Assembly: GCF_006345805.1 (NCBI RefSeq)
Contig: NC_043019.1
Coordinates: forward strand, 10,105,360-10,169,359
Source: Octopus sinensis
Lineage: Eukaryota
Length of the DNA: 64,000 nt
Direction of reading: 5' to 3'
Shown here: positions 50,440 to 62,838 of the stretch, one piece after another
How positions within the stretch are numbered: the first letter of the stretch is position 1
Layout: every line of letters begins with the position of its first letter
Program-made: the position numbers and the translations under genes
The notes under the pieces: model-generated
The model's input: the letters and a program-made list of their open reading frames with translations, nothing else
The model's database searches: none
Told to the model about the DNA's origin: nothing

Positions 50440-51800
50440 GCAGGTGCCCTATAGTTGAGCAGTATAGGCCTGGTTGTCATCCAGAGACTGCTTGTAAACA
50501 AAGCCAGAGGCAGAGAAGAAGGTGGGAATAAGGAGGCAAACCGGACAATAATTGAATGCTGGATCAGTGGTGAACCCAACAACGAATGAAAGCAAAATGG
50601 AATGAAATACGACTCTTCGGAATAAGAGAGCAATGGTTAGCCAACCAGGCAAGAGCAATGAGAACAAAAGGGTGGTTAACAGACATGGGAATAAAAGAGA
50701 TAAAAAGGAAAGTAGAAAATAAAAATAAAGCTTCACCAACAGATAACGTGCCTTGTGAGAAGAGAAAAATGAAAAGTGGCAGTGAAGAAGTAGAGCAAAG
50801 TGTAAACGTAAATGCATTCTCAGCCAATGAAGCAGAAGTAATAGGAAGAGCTATAGCACAAGAATAAGATGATGATCAACAAGATATAATGAGGATGCTG
50901 TGCCGATATATTAGAGATGACCAGGATCAAGTACCCTTCAACCTGAGGTACACTGACCGATGCAAGCTCATGGTTGAAGCTGAAAATATAGATTCGGTTC
51001 TTGGGCTATTTCAGATGAGAGATATAACTGAAACTAACAAGATTATTTGGGCTGCAGCAGACAGAGTTGGATAGAAAAGAAAAGAAGAAACAGAATGGAG
51101 AGAACCGAACTGGCAGAGAGGAATTTGTGAGAAACGAGGTTGAAAAGACATTTAGGACAAGTTGATAGATTGAGAAGAGGGGTGGGGAATTGCAGAACGA
51201 AAGCATAAGAATAATGCTGGAAAGAACATAGAGAATAAGAGATGAAAGGTTATGATGTGATATTGGAAGAATTGAAGGAAAGTGTAGAGGCAATCAAAGC
51301 AAAACTGGAAAGATATGACAATAGGAAAAGACAGTTCAGGCAAAACAGATTGTTTGAAGCAAATCAGAAGAAACTGTTTCAGGGACCAGATGGGCAAATA
51401 CACAGACCGCCTCTGCCCCCACTCAACCACCTCAAATAATTGTGTTTGAAATAGGGACGAGTCAAATTCACATCTAATGGAATGTCATTTATTGAACTCA
51501 AACATTTCTCTGAGAGTAAAATGGCACAATGGCCGTGAGGTTGAGATGGTATAATTACCAATTGGATCACAACTTCAGATCTTACTTTGGCCAACATTGT
51601 AGAGAATTGAGCAAGTTACTTAGAGCTACCTGATTGAATAAATACCAGTTATCATTGTTGAGTGGTTAATGGTAGGAAGAGACATTCAGCTTGTGGAAAT
51701 TATTGGTCCAATAAACTAACGAAGCTGTCAAATCTCTTGCAAATCACCAGTATCTTAAGAAAGGATTACGCTGGATAATATAATCCTAAGTAGATAAATT
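50440..51800 (+). mobile_element. Dong/R4-like LINE relic (N-terminal part plus extreme C-terminus), next to (TAA)17
   Basis: MKAKWNEI..EQWLANQARAMRTKGWLTD and QFRQNRLFEANQKK motifs typical of R4/Dong ORF N-termini; (ATA)n at ~50320-50369. Confidence 0.75.
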
Positions 51801-52806
51801 TGAATAAAAAATTGGCTGGAATGTATTTGGTCTCAGGTTTGTTTGATCAGGGCTGAACTTGTGCTAAACCACGACAAATAACAGTTTCCACTTTGCAAAT
51901 GAGAGTTGAGTGTTTTTTAGTGGAAGGAAGGAGTGAAAATAATCTTATTCTGCAAATAACCATTTCACTTGTGATAAGAGGGAAGATGGCTGTAAAACAG
52001 TAAAAATAAAATACAATTTTGAAATGAGTTGATTAAAATATTGGTCTGTCTTCATTAACTTCTAAAAATCTTTTTTGCATCCTGGTCCTCATTAAGCCAT
52101 CATCTCTTTTCACACAGACTTCCACACACACATACCTTCTCCAGCCATCTCCCTGTGTTGTGTCCCAGAGAGAGAGAGGGGGGGGGGCTGGAGGGTGTTC
52201 AATGTGTAAACTGCACAAATAGGGAGTTTGAGCAATATTTAACTTCCAGATCACTTGTACTGTGCTCACAACCAAATGTAAGATATATGATATGTACGGA
52301 AAGATTAGAAATTTTCATCTGTTGAGGTTAATATTCCAGAAAACTATAATCTTTTTTAAATTAACAATGTGATTATAAGTTTGTTGATTGATTCTTGGAG
52401 CAATTAGCCAGGCACTTCACGTTCACACGATTCCAGTGAACTCAGCTGAAGAAATGAGCAGCAGTCCTCTGCTGAAGGAGCTTTCTTTCTTTGTTTTTGT
52501 AACATCCCAGATGTCTCACTGAATCAACGGTTGGAAAGAGGTTTGTGCCTGCTTCTTACGCAGAACACCTAAAACAACTGGCAAACGCTTGGCACATACC
52601 ACCAAGTCATACTTATTTGCAAGTGACAGTTTTTCATTTTTCATTTTCCTTTCTCAACACATCTTCTTTAGAATTTTCTGAAGAACAGCTTAATCCTGAA
52701 ATGCCAAAGACTCTTCCACTTCTTAATCTTTCATTGAGTCTTAAATGAAGAGTTACATTTATTTTCTCTTTGCTTTCAGTGTTGTTAAATTCATTGTTCA
52801 TTCTAA

Positions 52807-52840
<34 letters not shown>

Positions 52841-52895
52841 TGTTATTGTATTCTTCTCTATATTATTTAATATTTATTTATATGTTATTTTCCAG

Positions 52896-52989
52896 ATTAT
52901 TTGCTGAGCAACAGTACTTTGACAGCAATGGTCTATTTATCTCGCTTGTGTTCTCAGTACCAATACTTTTGAATTGTTTGGTTATAGTT
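52896..52989 (+). CDS. TMEM18: TMEM18 exon 4
   Basis: cag|...GTT|gtatgt, 94 nt, (R)[31 protein letters not shown] (YFDSxGxFISxVFS motif). Confidence 0.96.
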
Positions 52990-53179
52990 GTATGTATTAT
53001 TGCTTTTTGCTACCTTAATATTCCATAATACTGCCATCATTTAATTAGCTGTTATCATTTCTTCTATCTTAATATTCCAGTAATTATTTCACTACAAAGT
53101 GTTCTCTTGATATGTGATCAGTGCTTTAACATCGACTCGTGATGTCTCACATACCTTGAAAACCAAGTTCCCTCAATCT

Positions 53180-53600
53180 GTGATGGTCTTTGGGTGTGTC
53201 TCTAGTGAGAGTGATGTCATGCAAACCGAACTCCTTTGAAGAGGACTATAGGCTCAATTCAGACAGCTATGTGAGGCTGTGGTCAAATCCAGGCTGGATA
53301 GGGTTGCTGCTGGAAGGTTATATGTGTGGCAGCAGGATTTGGTTCCTTGCCATACCTCTGGACACAGTCAGAAATGGTTGTCAGAGAATTTCTATGACTT
53401 CAGCAGCCAACTTCTGGTCTTGTAATCCCATGGATTACTATGTATGGGTTGCAGGAGAGAAAGACAGCAACTGCTCCACCGGAAACACCAAGATCAAAGA
53501 GGTGCACTAAGATATTCCCAGGGTCACAGTGAGGAATGCATGTGTCAGATTCCAGAGCTGTCTTGAGGCCCTGGGGGAAAGTGAGGGCAGCTACTTTGAG
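53180..53600 (+). mobile_element. Second maT-like transposase relic
   Basis: YVWQQDLVPCHTS and CNPMDYYVW motifs across frameshifts. Confidence 0.75.
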
Positions 53601-53607
53601 TAATATA

Positions 53608-53661
<54 letters not shown>

Positions 53662-53914
53662 TAACTGCCTCTTTACCTTGACATTGCATAGTAGTTGAAA
53701 ACAAGTATCACCATTACACAAGCATTGCTATTTGTTTTCAGTTTTCTGTAAAAACACATATGGTTATGGGGAAATATGACCTTAATTGGAATGAAGTAAA
53801 GGTTGGTGACAGGAAAGGCATCTAGCTGTAGAAAATCTGCTTCAACAAATTCTGCCTGACTGATATGAGTATGGAAAAGTGTTAAAATGATGAGAAATAT
53901 ATATTTATGCCAGC

Positions 53915-54640
53915 ATTGCTTCCACCCTGGAAGGAGCTGCCTTAACAGCTTCTGCTGTTTTATGTTGAAACAATCTATGAATTGCTCAAATGTGGATGTG
54001 ATATATCTTGCTTTTGTAAAGGCCTTTGATAAACTTGATCATGGGATATGTCACAAGCTACAGAGACTTGGGATAGTCTGAAAACAAGGAGAGTAGATAC
54101 ATGAATTCTTAAAAAACAGAAACCAGCTTGTGGCAGCCAATGGGCAAGTGTCTTCTACTATAGCCTTAGACCAAAGCCTTGTGAGTGGATTTCATCATCA
54201 TCATCATCATCGTTTAGCATCCACTTTCCATGCTAGCATGGGTTGGACGATTCAACTGGGGTCTGGGAAGCCAGAAGGCTGCACCAGGCCAGTCAGATCT
54301 GGCGGTGTTTCTACAGCTTGATGCCCTTCCTAACGCCAACCACTCCATGAGTGTAGTGGGTGCTTTTTACGTGCCAGACGAGTCTGGCAAACGGCCACGA
54401 TCGGATGGTGCTTTTTATGTGCCACCGGCACGGGGGCCAGGCGGGGCTGGCAACGGCCACGAACGGATGGTGCTTTTTACGTGCCACAGGCACAAGGCCA
54501 GACGGGGCGGCGCTGGCAACGGCCACGTTTGGATGGTTCTCTCACATGCCACCGGCACTGGTATCACAGCTGCAATTTCCATTGATCGATTTCGATCCTG
54601 ATTCTCACTTGCCTCAACAGCAGAAACTGAAAGAAGCCCG

Positions 54641-54670
<30 letters not shown>
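53915..54670. mobile_element. Nested CR1-like RT relic > SINE B > RTE 3' UTR
   Basis: VDVIYLAFVKAFDKLDHG (CR1/L2-type RT); the SINE B is split at gagtggattt|...|cagaaactgaaagaagcccg by a (CAT)n-tailed RTE 3' UTR. Confidence 0.75.
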
Positions 54671-54680
<10 letters not shown>

Positions 54681-55433
54681 AGGTGTATGTACGCTGCTAT
54701 ATATATATATATATATATAAAAATACAAAATGGGACAAGAACGCAAAACATTCAAATAGACGATACAAAAAACATTTTTTGACTCTCTGACTATAGTTAT
54801 TTTGACTATTGAAAAGGTTGCAAGACGCAACGAAAATTTTAGGAAAATAAAAATAAGAAATAAGTGGAAATTTTACCAGTGAGTGTGTTACATTATAAGG
54901 CACAAAAGGAAAATGACCCTCCCCAGACACAACAGAATATGCTTCAACACACGAACCCATATAAAGAATCTTGCAAACCAAATCCAAAAACGAGTTATAT
55001 TTTATATATATATATATATCTTTTTACTTGTTTCAGTCATTAGACTTGGCCATGCTGGGGCACCACCTTGAATTTATAGTCAAATGAATTGACCCCAGTA
55101 CTTAATTTTGATAAGCCTGGTCCCTATTCTATTGGTCTCTTGTCAAGAAGTGGTGGGGACACATACACATATATACATACACGTTGGGCTTCTTTCAGTT
55201 TCCTTCTACCAAATCCACTCACAAGGCTTTGCTCAGTCCACACAGTGAGACTGAACCTGGAACCACGTGGTTGGGAAGCAAACTTCCTACCACACACACA
55301 CCTGCTTCTCAGTCTCTGTCCTTATATTATTTGCCTGTCGTCCAGCCATGTCCAGCCATTAATGACTATCGCCAATTTGTCTAATTTTTCTTTATACTAG
55401 TTTGTTTACTTGTCTGTCTGTTTATTTATTTAG

Positions 55434-55577
55434 ATTCTCTGGCTGTGGAATGTCGGACACTTGATTGCTGATGTGAAAAGGCTGAAATACAAAGTGAAAG
55501 CCAAATACCAAAGCAAAGTTGATAAATCAGAAAAAAACCCTGAACAACAGACAGAAGAAAGCCAAAAAGAGAAATGA
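55434..55577 (+). CDS. TMEM18: TMEM18 exon 5 (stop)
   Basis: tag|ATTCTC...AAATGA, 144 nt, ILWLWNVGHLIADVKRLKYKVKAK...EK*; basic tail; total CDS 465 nt = 154 aa. Confidence 0.9.
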   Translation: MLWLWNVGHLIADVKRLKYKVKAKYQSKVDKSEKNPEQQTEESQKEK

Positions 55578-56046
55578 ATTTAGAAAAGGGAATTAGTTTT
55601 TCTTACAAAATATTGCTGTTTAGTGTGAAAATGCACATTTTTTCAATGTCTGTTTTCAACGAATGATAGTGATTACCACTTTCAGAATTGTATTTTAAAT
55701 TTACCATTTTATGATCTTTTCTCTTTTAATCAACCTTAATCAATGAAAAAAGTCATCTACCCTTTTGGAAAATGACTGAATATATTTAGGATTTTCATAA
55801 AGAAATTTTGTAACTTATTTAGTTTTGGGAGTAAGAAAAGAAAATGAAAAAATTAATTGTATCATTGCAAAACCTATTTGTATTTTCTACAAAATGACAT
55901 TCATTTTGAGGAATTTCAAGCCAAAACAAAAAAGAGAGAAAAGAAAAAATCGTTTTATTATCAACTAAAAACTTAGATTTTATCTTACTCTTCAGAAGAC
56001 AAAATTTTGGTTTTATGCTTATGTAGTAGAAATTTTTAAAAAATGG

Positions 56047-56052
56047 AATAAA
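56047..56052 (+). terminator. Putative TMEM18 polyadenylation signal AATAAA
   Basis: AATAAA ~470 nt after the stop, followed by a U/GU-rich tract at ~56076-56096. Confidence 0.45.
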
Positions 56053-56378
56053 ATGTAATATTTTTATAGCAAATCTTTTGTATTTGTTTTTTGTTTTAAA
56101 ACAATGCTTGGTTATTGTTTAACCCTAGGCCAAGCTGGATTCAGCCTATGTGACCAAAGTTGTTTGATCAGTGACCATCTTGTCTGTGCTTAGCATATAA
56201 TGGTATCTAAGATTACATTATAATGAATACATGTGTCTTCTTTTCTTTTTTAGAAATTAGAATGTAAAAGAGAACAATTTGGCTGATGTTTGTAGCAGGT
56301 CAGGCAATTGCATAGAACTTCTATTGGTTCAAAAACATTATTTTCTTTGGAGAATGAAGATTGTATTAGTTTGAGCTT

Positions 56379-56425
<47 letters not shown>

Positions 56426-57286
56426 CATGTGTGTGTGTGTAATAGTATAATAGCGAATATAAAATTATTGCAGGTCGAATTGGTGGGCCACAGTTGGCAA
56501 TGTTGTTTTTAAGCCTAGAACAGTCTTAATTGAGCAGACCTATGCTAAAAGACATTCCACCTATGAACATCATGTTATTTTTTCAGTCCACATTATCAAA
56601 TATGTTCTTCCTTCTTTAAATTTCATAAGCTGTAAAGTGGTTGGTGTTAAGAAGTTGCATTCAACTGTAGAAACCATGCTAAAGTAGACAATGTAGCTTG
56701 TTATAGGCCTCGGGTTTGTCAGCTCCTGTCAAAGTCTCTAACCCATTCCAGCATGGAAGATCTGTTAAATAAGGATGTGATTTGAGGGAGTGTTGACTGC
56801 ATTTCTGGTAGGATGAGCAACAAGATATTGACTCCTTGTTGGCTCAGAGGCAGTGTCTAGATTAAATCTCGGGGACAAAACTGTCATTGTTGTTTGGGCA
56901 TTAAAAAATGGAAGCCATTTCTACTTCAAGACCAAATAGTTGGTGATGGAAAGAAATATTTGCTGAGTCTTTGTAGCTATTAGAAGATATGGAATTGGTC
57001 AAGTTACACCTTTCTACCATTCCAAAGACAGGTCACCAGTCAAGTTGTACTGTCATACCTTTCAGAATAGACGAGACGAGCGAACCATTCAAAAGAAGAA
57101 AGAAAAAGACTTTAAAATAAAGAAGCTGAAATAACATTAAGATAAAACCCTCAAGTTGTTTAACCTGCAAGAAATAGCAGCTAAACCTCCTTCCCATCAC
57201 AGTCTACCATTTAAAAGGAAGAACCAACTGGATCATTGCACTTATTTGAAACCAAGGCTGGATGGTGAAGTCTATAGACTCTATAG

Positions 57287-57461
57287 CAGGGGGTCTCCAA
57301 ACTTTTTAGATTATCAGCCCCCTTCATGGAATCCTTAACCCTTTAATGACCCCTAGGCATGTATTAGAAAATAAATATGTATTAGTGATAATTGAGTAGA
57401 TGTGCATTTTAGGCATCTGTCGACCCTCAGGGGTCGATATTGACCACTTTGGAGACCCTTG
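57287..57461. mobile_element. hAT-type MITE
   Basis: TIRs CAGGGGGTCTCCAAACT / ACTTTGGAGACCCTTG; 8-bp TSD ctctatag / ccctatag (7/8 match). Confidence 0.8.
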
Positions 57462-58151
57462 CCCTATAGTAAGATGGGAAGGTTTGAATTTCATGTATAT
57501 TCCCTCTACAAGAACAGCCGAGTTTCCAATCTTTAAAGTAATCTTCCTTCAAAAACAGTGTGACAAGAGTATCCCATTGAATTACAGGCACAATCCATCT
57601 TGTAATTATTGTGAAAGAGGCTGAGGATTTGACAGACACTTTTAGCCTAAGCATTATTCAATGAGGATCAATGCAATGCCTTCTGAATTTCCGGGTCATT
57701 GCATCTGGTGAGCTTCAAAGCAATTTCTGTCTTCCTCATTTCACTCAAAAACATTGGATCGATTTAAGAGGGAGAATACACTGGCCCAGAGTGTCATGCA
57801 ATGAGTTTGAAACCAAGAAATTTTGATTCTGGAATAACTCAGAAAATACGTAAAACTATTTTGAAAAATCCACTGTCAGAAATAAAGAATGTCAGAGTTA
57901 TTTCCCCTGGTAATTGTCATTTTGAATAGAAATGCCCCCGACGTTCAAACGTTTAAACCTAATTGCTGAAAAGAAACAAACCCTAAATAATTGTGATGCC
58001 CCAGCATGGCCTCAGCCTTTGGGCTACTACACATAAAACGGTAAAAATAACATTCACAACTATTTACTAAAATGATTTCACTTTGATTTACCCTGTGTGT
58101 TGCTATGTCTAACCCGATGTCTTCCTATCTTCTATCCGTACAGCTACACTA

Positions 58152-58585
58152 GCGGTGGAGGCGCAATGGCCCAGTGGTTCGGAGAATCGCGTTTTCGATT
58201 CCCAGACCAGGCGTTGTGTGTGTTTATTGAGCGAAAACACTTAAAGCTTCACGAGGCTCCGGCAGGGGGTAGTGTCGACCCCTGTTGTACTCTTTCGCTC
58301 CAACTTTCTCTCACTCTTTCTTCTTGTTTTGTCCCCGACTTCCTACGCAACCGCTGAGCCTGGATGCGCATTCATCCATCCATCGATGCTCTCGGTGTCG
58401 GGGTTGACCCGCTTTCTCTTCTGCGGGTCTTACGAATAGGAAAGGACCACGTTTCGGACTTCTCCCGCTACAGCTGGGACGAAGACCGCTTCGCTCAACA
58501 AACAAACAAGCTACACCAGCAGATTGAAGATTTAGAAATGGTTCAACACCAAAGCCTTTAACTTTTATTTCATTGTCTGTCACAA
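58152..58585 (+). mobile_element. GC/CpG-rich tRNA-headed SINE-like element (third family)
   Basis: ggtggaggcgcaatggcccagtggtt (A-box-like) and ttcgattcc (B-box-like) head; unique GC-rich body; single copy in the window. Confidence 0.6.
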
Positions 58586-58772
58586 TATTCTATTATATGA
58601 CATTCAAAATCGTGTAACTGCTTTCTACACCTGGGTTCCTTTCAATCAACACACACACACTCTCTCTCTCTCTCTCTCTCTTTCACTCACTCTCATTAAT
58701 GGCATAAAAGTGCATGCATTGAGGGAATTTCAAAAATATATAAACAAACTACACTTTTTGCTATCCAATTAT

Positions 58773-59298
58773 GGATCGTTTCCTTTTGAACGGCACACAA
58801 TTTCTAGTTAACTAAACACTTTAAAACTTCGTATACTGATAGAATGTGTCAAAATAAAACATTTTTTTTCTCTTGGCTTTCTTGATAAAATTGTAATTCG
58901 TTTGTTTAACGTAGTTTAATTTTTCGAATTTTAACCAATGAATCGCCTCTAATTGAGCTAAAATCATTTGCTGCGTCTAAAACTGAGACAACATCCTGTC
59001 ACTAACCCTAACCCTAACCCTAAATTTTAGGGTTAGGATGAGGTGTAGGGTTAGTGACAGGATGTTGTCTCAGTTTTAGACGCAGCAAATGATTTTAGCT
59101 CAATGGCGGTAATCGATTGGTTAAAATTGCTGAAATGCTCGAAATTTCAGACGAAATATCTTACAAACTATAGAATTTTCTCAATAAAACCAAGAGGAAA
59201 TGATGCTTTATAAACACATTCTACCAGTATACGAAGTTTAAAACTTTTTAGTTACCTAGAAATTATGTTACAAAGTGCTGTTCAAAAGGAAAAGATCC
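58773..59298. mobile_element. 526-bp palindromic MITE-like element with a TAACCC/TTAGGG core
   Basis: Termini ggatcgtttccttttgaacggcac / gtgctgttcaaaaggaaaagatcc; perfect inner inverted repeat of ~57 bp. Confidence 0.85.
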
Positions 59299-59499
59299 CC
59301 AGTTATTTGCAAAACTATTGATACCTCTTTGACTCACCTACGTATTACCTACCTATCCACCTACCCTACCTATCCACCTACCTACTTATGTATCTATCAG
59401 TCTGCCTCTCTGCCATCATGTTTCACTTTATCTTCCAAAATATCTTTTAAAGACAGAAATTCATAGACATGCTATATGGATTATCACGCACATTTTCTT

Positions 59500-59930
59500 C
59501 TTTTCTATTCACCACAACAATGTCAGGTTTCTGGTGTCTAATCTGATGGTTACACCAAATCATTGCATCCCACAGGATTTTGCTTTCTTCATTCTCAGAT
59601 TTAGTCTTACCACATCTTTGATCTTTCTAGGCCATAATTTCCACAGATCTCCCAATGGATCATGCTTACCACATTGTCATGCTGTCTTTCATATCCATGT
59701 TGTGCCAAATTTGGGGTTTTACTAACAATGTGCTCTGCTGTTTTATCCCTCTTACTTCTACATTAACTTCTATATTAATGGAAGGCAAGAAAATGGTCCA
59801 TAATTGTTGGCAGCTTTTCCTTTTGAGACATCCTTCAGACACAACGCTGTTTATTCTTTGGTCACCCATCATGGAATTTTGTCTGCTCCATCAATGCATC
59901 AATTTCTCTGCAATCAATAATTGGTACCTA
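59500..59930 (-). mobile_element. RLE LINE zinc-knuckle/RLE fragment
   Basis: Fragmented CCHC region and RHDNVVSMIHWEIC-like motif. Confidence 0.65.
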
Positions 59931-60269
59931 CTGAACTTTTTTTTATCTAAAATCCCTGTATACCATCATCACCACCACCATCACTGCCTCCACACCACCA
60001 CCACCATCGTCATTATTATTATTATTATTGACAGGTAAGTTCATGCCTGACTTTTGGCAGGCAGGAATTGAATTAAAGTTAGATGTGTGAAACTAGTCTC
60101 ACCTGGAAATGGGCTGAGAGGAAGATGTCCTAAAAGACCAGGAAGAGGTGCAAGTGTATTCATCATTTTTATTATTTACAGCCATCTGAGCATCACGCTT
60201 TGTCAATAGTTTTCATTTGATCAGACTGAAGTGTCTGTTCTGTCAACTTTTGTAGAAAGGATGTTTTCC

Positions 60270-60620
60270 ATGGTCAGAACATTCATCTGAGGCGAACACC
60301 TTCTGCATGGAAAGCTCAGTGTGTTATGAATGACAAGGCACAGACATATTCTAAGATTGCAGTCTCTGCAGAGATTCCTGGATCGTGAGTGGGTTGAGTT
60401 GTCTTTTGTCACAGATGTATTTCTACAGTTCGTTTCTTCTGACTGATTGAACAGCATTCCAAATGTCAGGCACCCATTTTGGTGAAGCAAAGACCAAAAT
60501 AGATGCCTGGAACTACAGACAGCTACTAGAAACTCCTGACTTGGCCCTGCTAATAGGGGGTTTTGAATAAGTCTACAGGCATGAAGTGTCAATAGCGAAC
60601 GTGGATCAAAATCCATGCAA
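60270..60620 (-). mobile_element. RTE/BovB-like LINE 3' end
   Basis: Terminal Cys-rich CRDC..RI.L motif; explains ORF 60221-60634. Confidence 0.55.
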
Positions 60621-61937
60621 AGCAATAAAACCATTCTAAATGTATTTGTTCAGTGTCTGAGTTTTGCTGAATTACATGAAATAGCTGTTGTTGTTGTTGT
60701 TGTGTAGAACAAATCCAAATATCAACAAAGTCAACCGTGAGAATCACTCCATCGTCTGCCTTCCTTTCATTAGAAATGGTCGATGGTTTTTTTTTCCTCT
60801 GTCTGGTTGCCAAAAATGAAGGCGATTTTATGGTAGATAAGACTGAAAATATTAAAAACAGATACTTTTCTTTTTAATCAAACTCCCCAGAACACATCTC
60901 AATACCCTAGAACACTTCTATGATTCTTCAGAATATTCCTATAGCAACTCAATATGTGATCAATACTTCAGAATGCATTCACAATTCCTAGCGATAACAA
61001 AATACTTACATGAGATTTGAACCTGTACACCATGAATTGGCTGTTCAGTAAATTACTTGTTTGGTCATGTGACTTTTACTTCAAGCTAATGAAGGAATCT
61101 CTATGTGGTTAAGCTGAATGCTAGAAATAATAGCAAAATCTGCCTTATTGTCATAAAAAAGTAAGAACTATTTAACAATTTGGTTGTTGATATGATAAAA
61201 GGTGGTGGTCATGGCTGGAATAACTTTTATCATACATCTGCATAATCAAAGCTGATCCTGAGTTAAACAACAGTAACAAGGATAACAGCAGCACCAACAG
61301 CAGCAACAGCAGCCTCCAGATATCTTTATCCGGTTGACTAAGTAAATCTCTTAATTACCAAAAATAATTTGTTTGCCTGCTTACGTATACAAAGAGAAGC
61401 AGGCGTACAAATGCACCAGACGCCTTGCCAACTTACACCTACCTATGCACACCACACCTACTGATCTACCTCCATTCCCCCCCCCCCCAGTAAATAAAAG
61501 TGAAAGTAAAGTTTAGGTGGATGATCAGCAACGTAGTACACAGTGCTGCTGAGATCGACCAATATTTTGCAGTCAATCAATGCCTCCTCCACCCGACTGA
61601 AAGATCAGGAAATCCATTGTAAACATAAAATGATTGTTAAGAATTCCACCCCATCAGAAAAAAAAAAATGTTTGTGGGTGTGGAGCAATCAAAGTTATTT
61701 TTCTGTGTATTTTATGACAATTTGTGAAAATAGTGTCATTGGTTCCTGGTTTCTAACAGTTTGATCAAAAGTTCACAGCATTTCACCACACAACATGCAT
61801 CCAGCTGTACACACACACACATGCAGATATAGTTGTGTGTGTGTGTGTGTATTTATATATATATATATATTAAATAAAATGAAACAACAAAACCAAGGGT
61901 GTGTGGAATTTATCGGACATTTATGAAGTGAAAGATA

Positions 61938-61985
61938 GTCTTACAGCTGTTTCTGGGATATTAGAGATATTCCTTCTTCAGAGAC
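61938..61985 (-). ncRNA. Minimal type I hammerhead-ribozyme-like motif (Penelope-element type)
   Basis: GUCU-CUGAAGA-AGGAAUAU(CUCUA)AUAUCCCA-GAAA-CAGCUG-UA^AGAC: stem I, catalytic core, palindromic stem III ACAGCUGU, GUA cleavage triplet; base of stem II imperfect. Confidence 0.6.
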
Positions 61986-62244
61986 GACGTGAGAGAGTTA
62001 ACTAGAGGGAAATAGTAGAGTTCAATATAAGGAGTTATTTTGGAAGAAAGAAGTATAAAGGGAAATAAGAGAATAAAAATAAATGTAGGATGTTACAGTT
62101 GCAATTGCATTATCTGAGGAAAGTTCTGTGTAGAATGGGTGGAGAGGCTTCTTGCCCATAGTTATGTAGATTCCGATAGGAGTTCATAGTTTGTTATTAT
62201 GAGTGGATAGTGTGGAGACATAAGTTCTGTGTGCTCTGCTGTAT

Positions 62245-62450
62245 GCAAAAGACCTGAAATTTTAGGGGAGTGTATTTGTTGATTACATCGACCCCAGTTT
62301 CTCAACTGCTATTTTTTTTATTGATCCTGAAAGGATGAAAGGCAAAGTCGACCTTGGCAAAATTTGAATGCAGAACATAGAGGCTAATGAAATAGAGTTA
62401 AGCATTTTGCCCAGCACACAAATGATTCTGTGAGTTCACTGCCTTAATGA
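62245..62450 (-). mobile_element. Family-A SINE (minus strand)
   Basis: Reverse complement of the same head and core. Confidence 0.8.
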
Positions 62451-62459
62451 TGGTGATGG

Positions 62460-62790
62460 TACTCAAGGACAGAACTTTCTTCTCCACTCCCAGTCTCTTT
62501 TTCAAGTGAATCTTGAAGAGGTCAATGAGAGCTGTCCTTATGCCTTTCTGCCTTGTCCACCATACAACCTCTTTCATCACAGCCACCAGGCAAAGAAAAA
62601 CCGCCTTGCCTGCCTAATTGATGGAAAGTGGTGGGGCAATCATCACCAGAGACTTGGCTGACAGATGGATCCATCCCACACGTGACAGCAGCTGTTTGAC
62701 TTGACCCCACAAGTCAACAATGTCTGGACACTGAACAAGTGTGTGCAGAACTGTTTCGTCACTCTGCGGGCACCTTGGACAAGCTCATCA
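62460..62790 (-). mobile_element. Tx1/L1-like LINE C-terminal fragment
   Basis: ACPRCPQSDETVLHTLVQCPDIVDLW zinc-knuckle and EVVWWTR..LFKIHLKKRLGVEKKVLS; 5' junction in (ATT)n. Confidence 0.7.
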
Positions 62791-62805
62791 GACAGCACAA
62801 TAATA

Positions 62806-62838
<33 letters not shown>

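Noticed and set aside
59003-59055. TAACCC/TTAGGG repeats suggesting a telomere or fusion site
   Set aside because: Only 2-3 units, enclosed in a palindromic mobile element.
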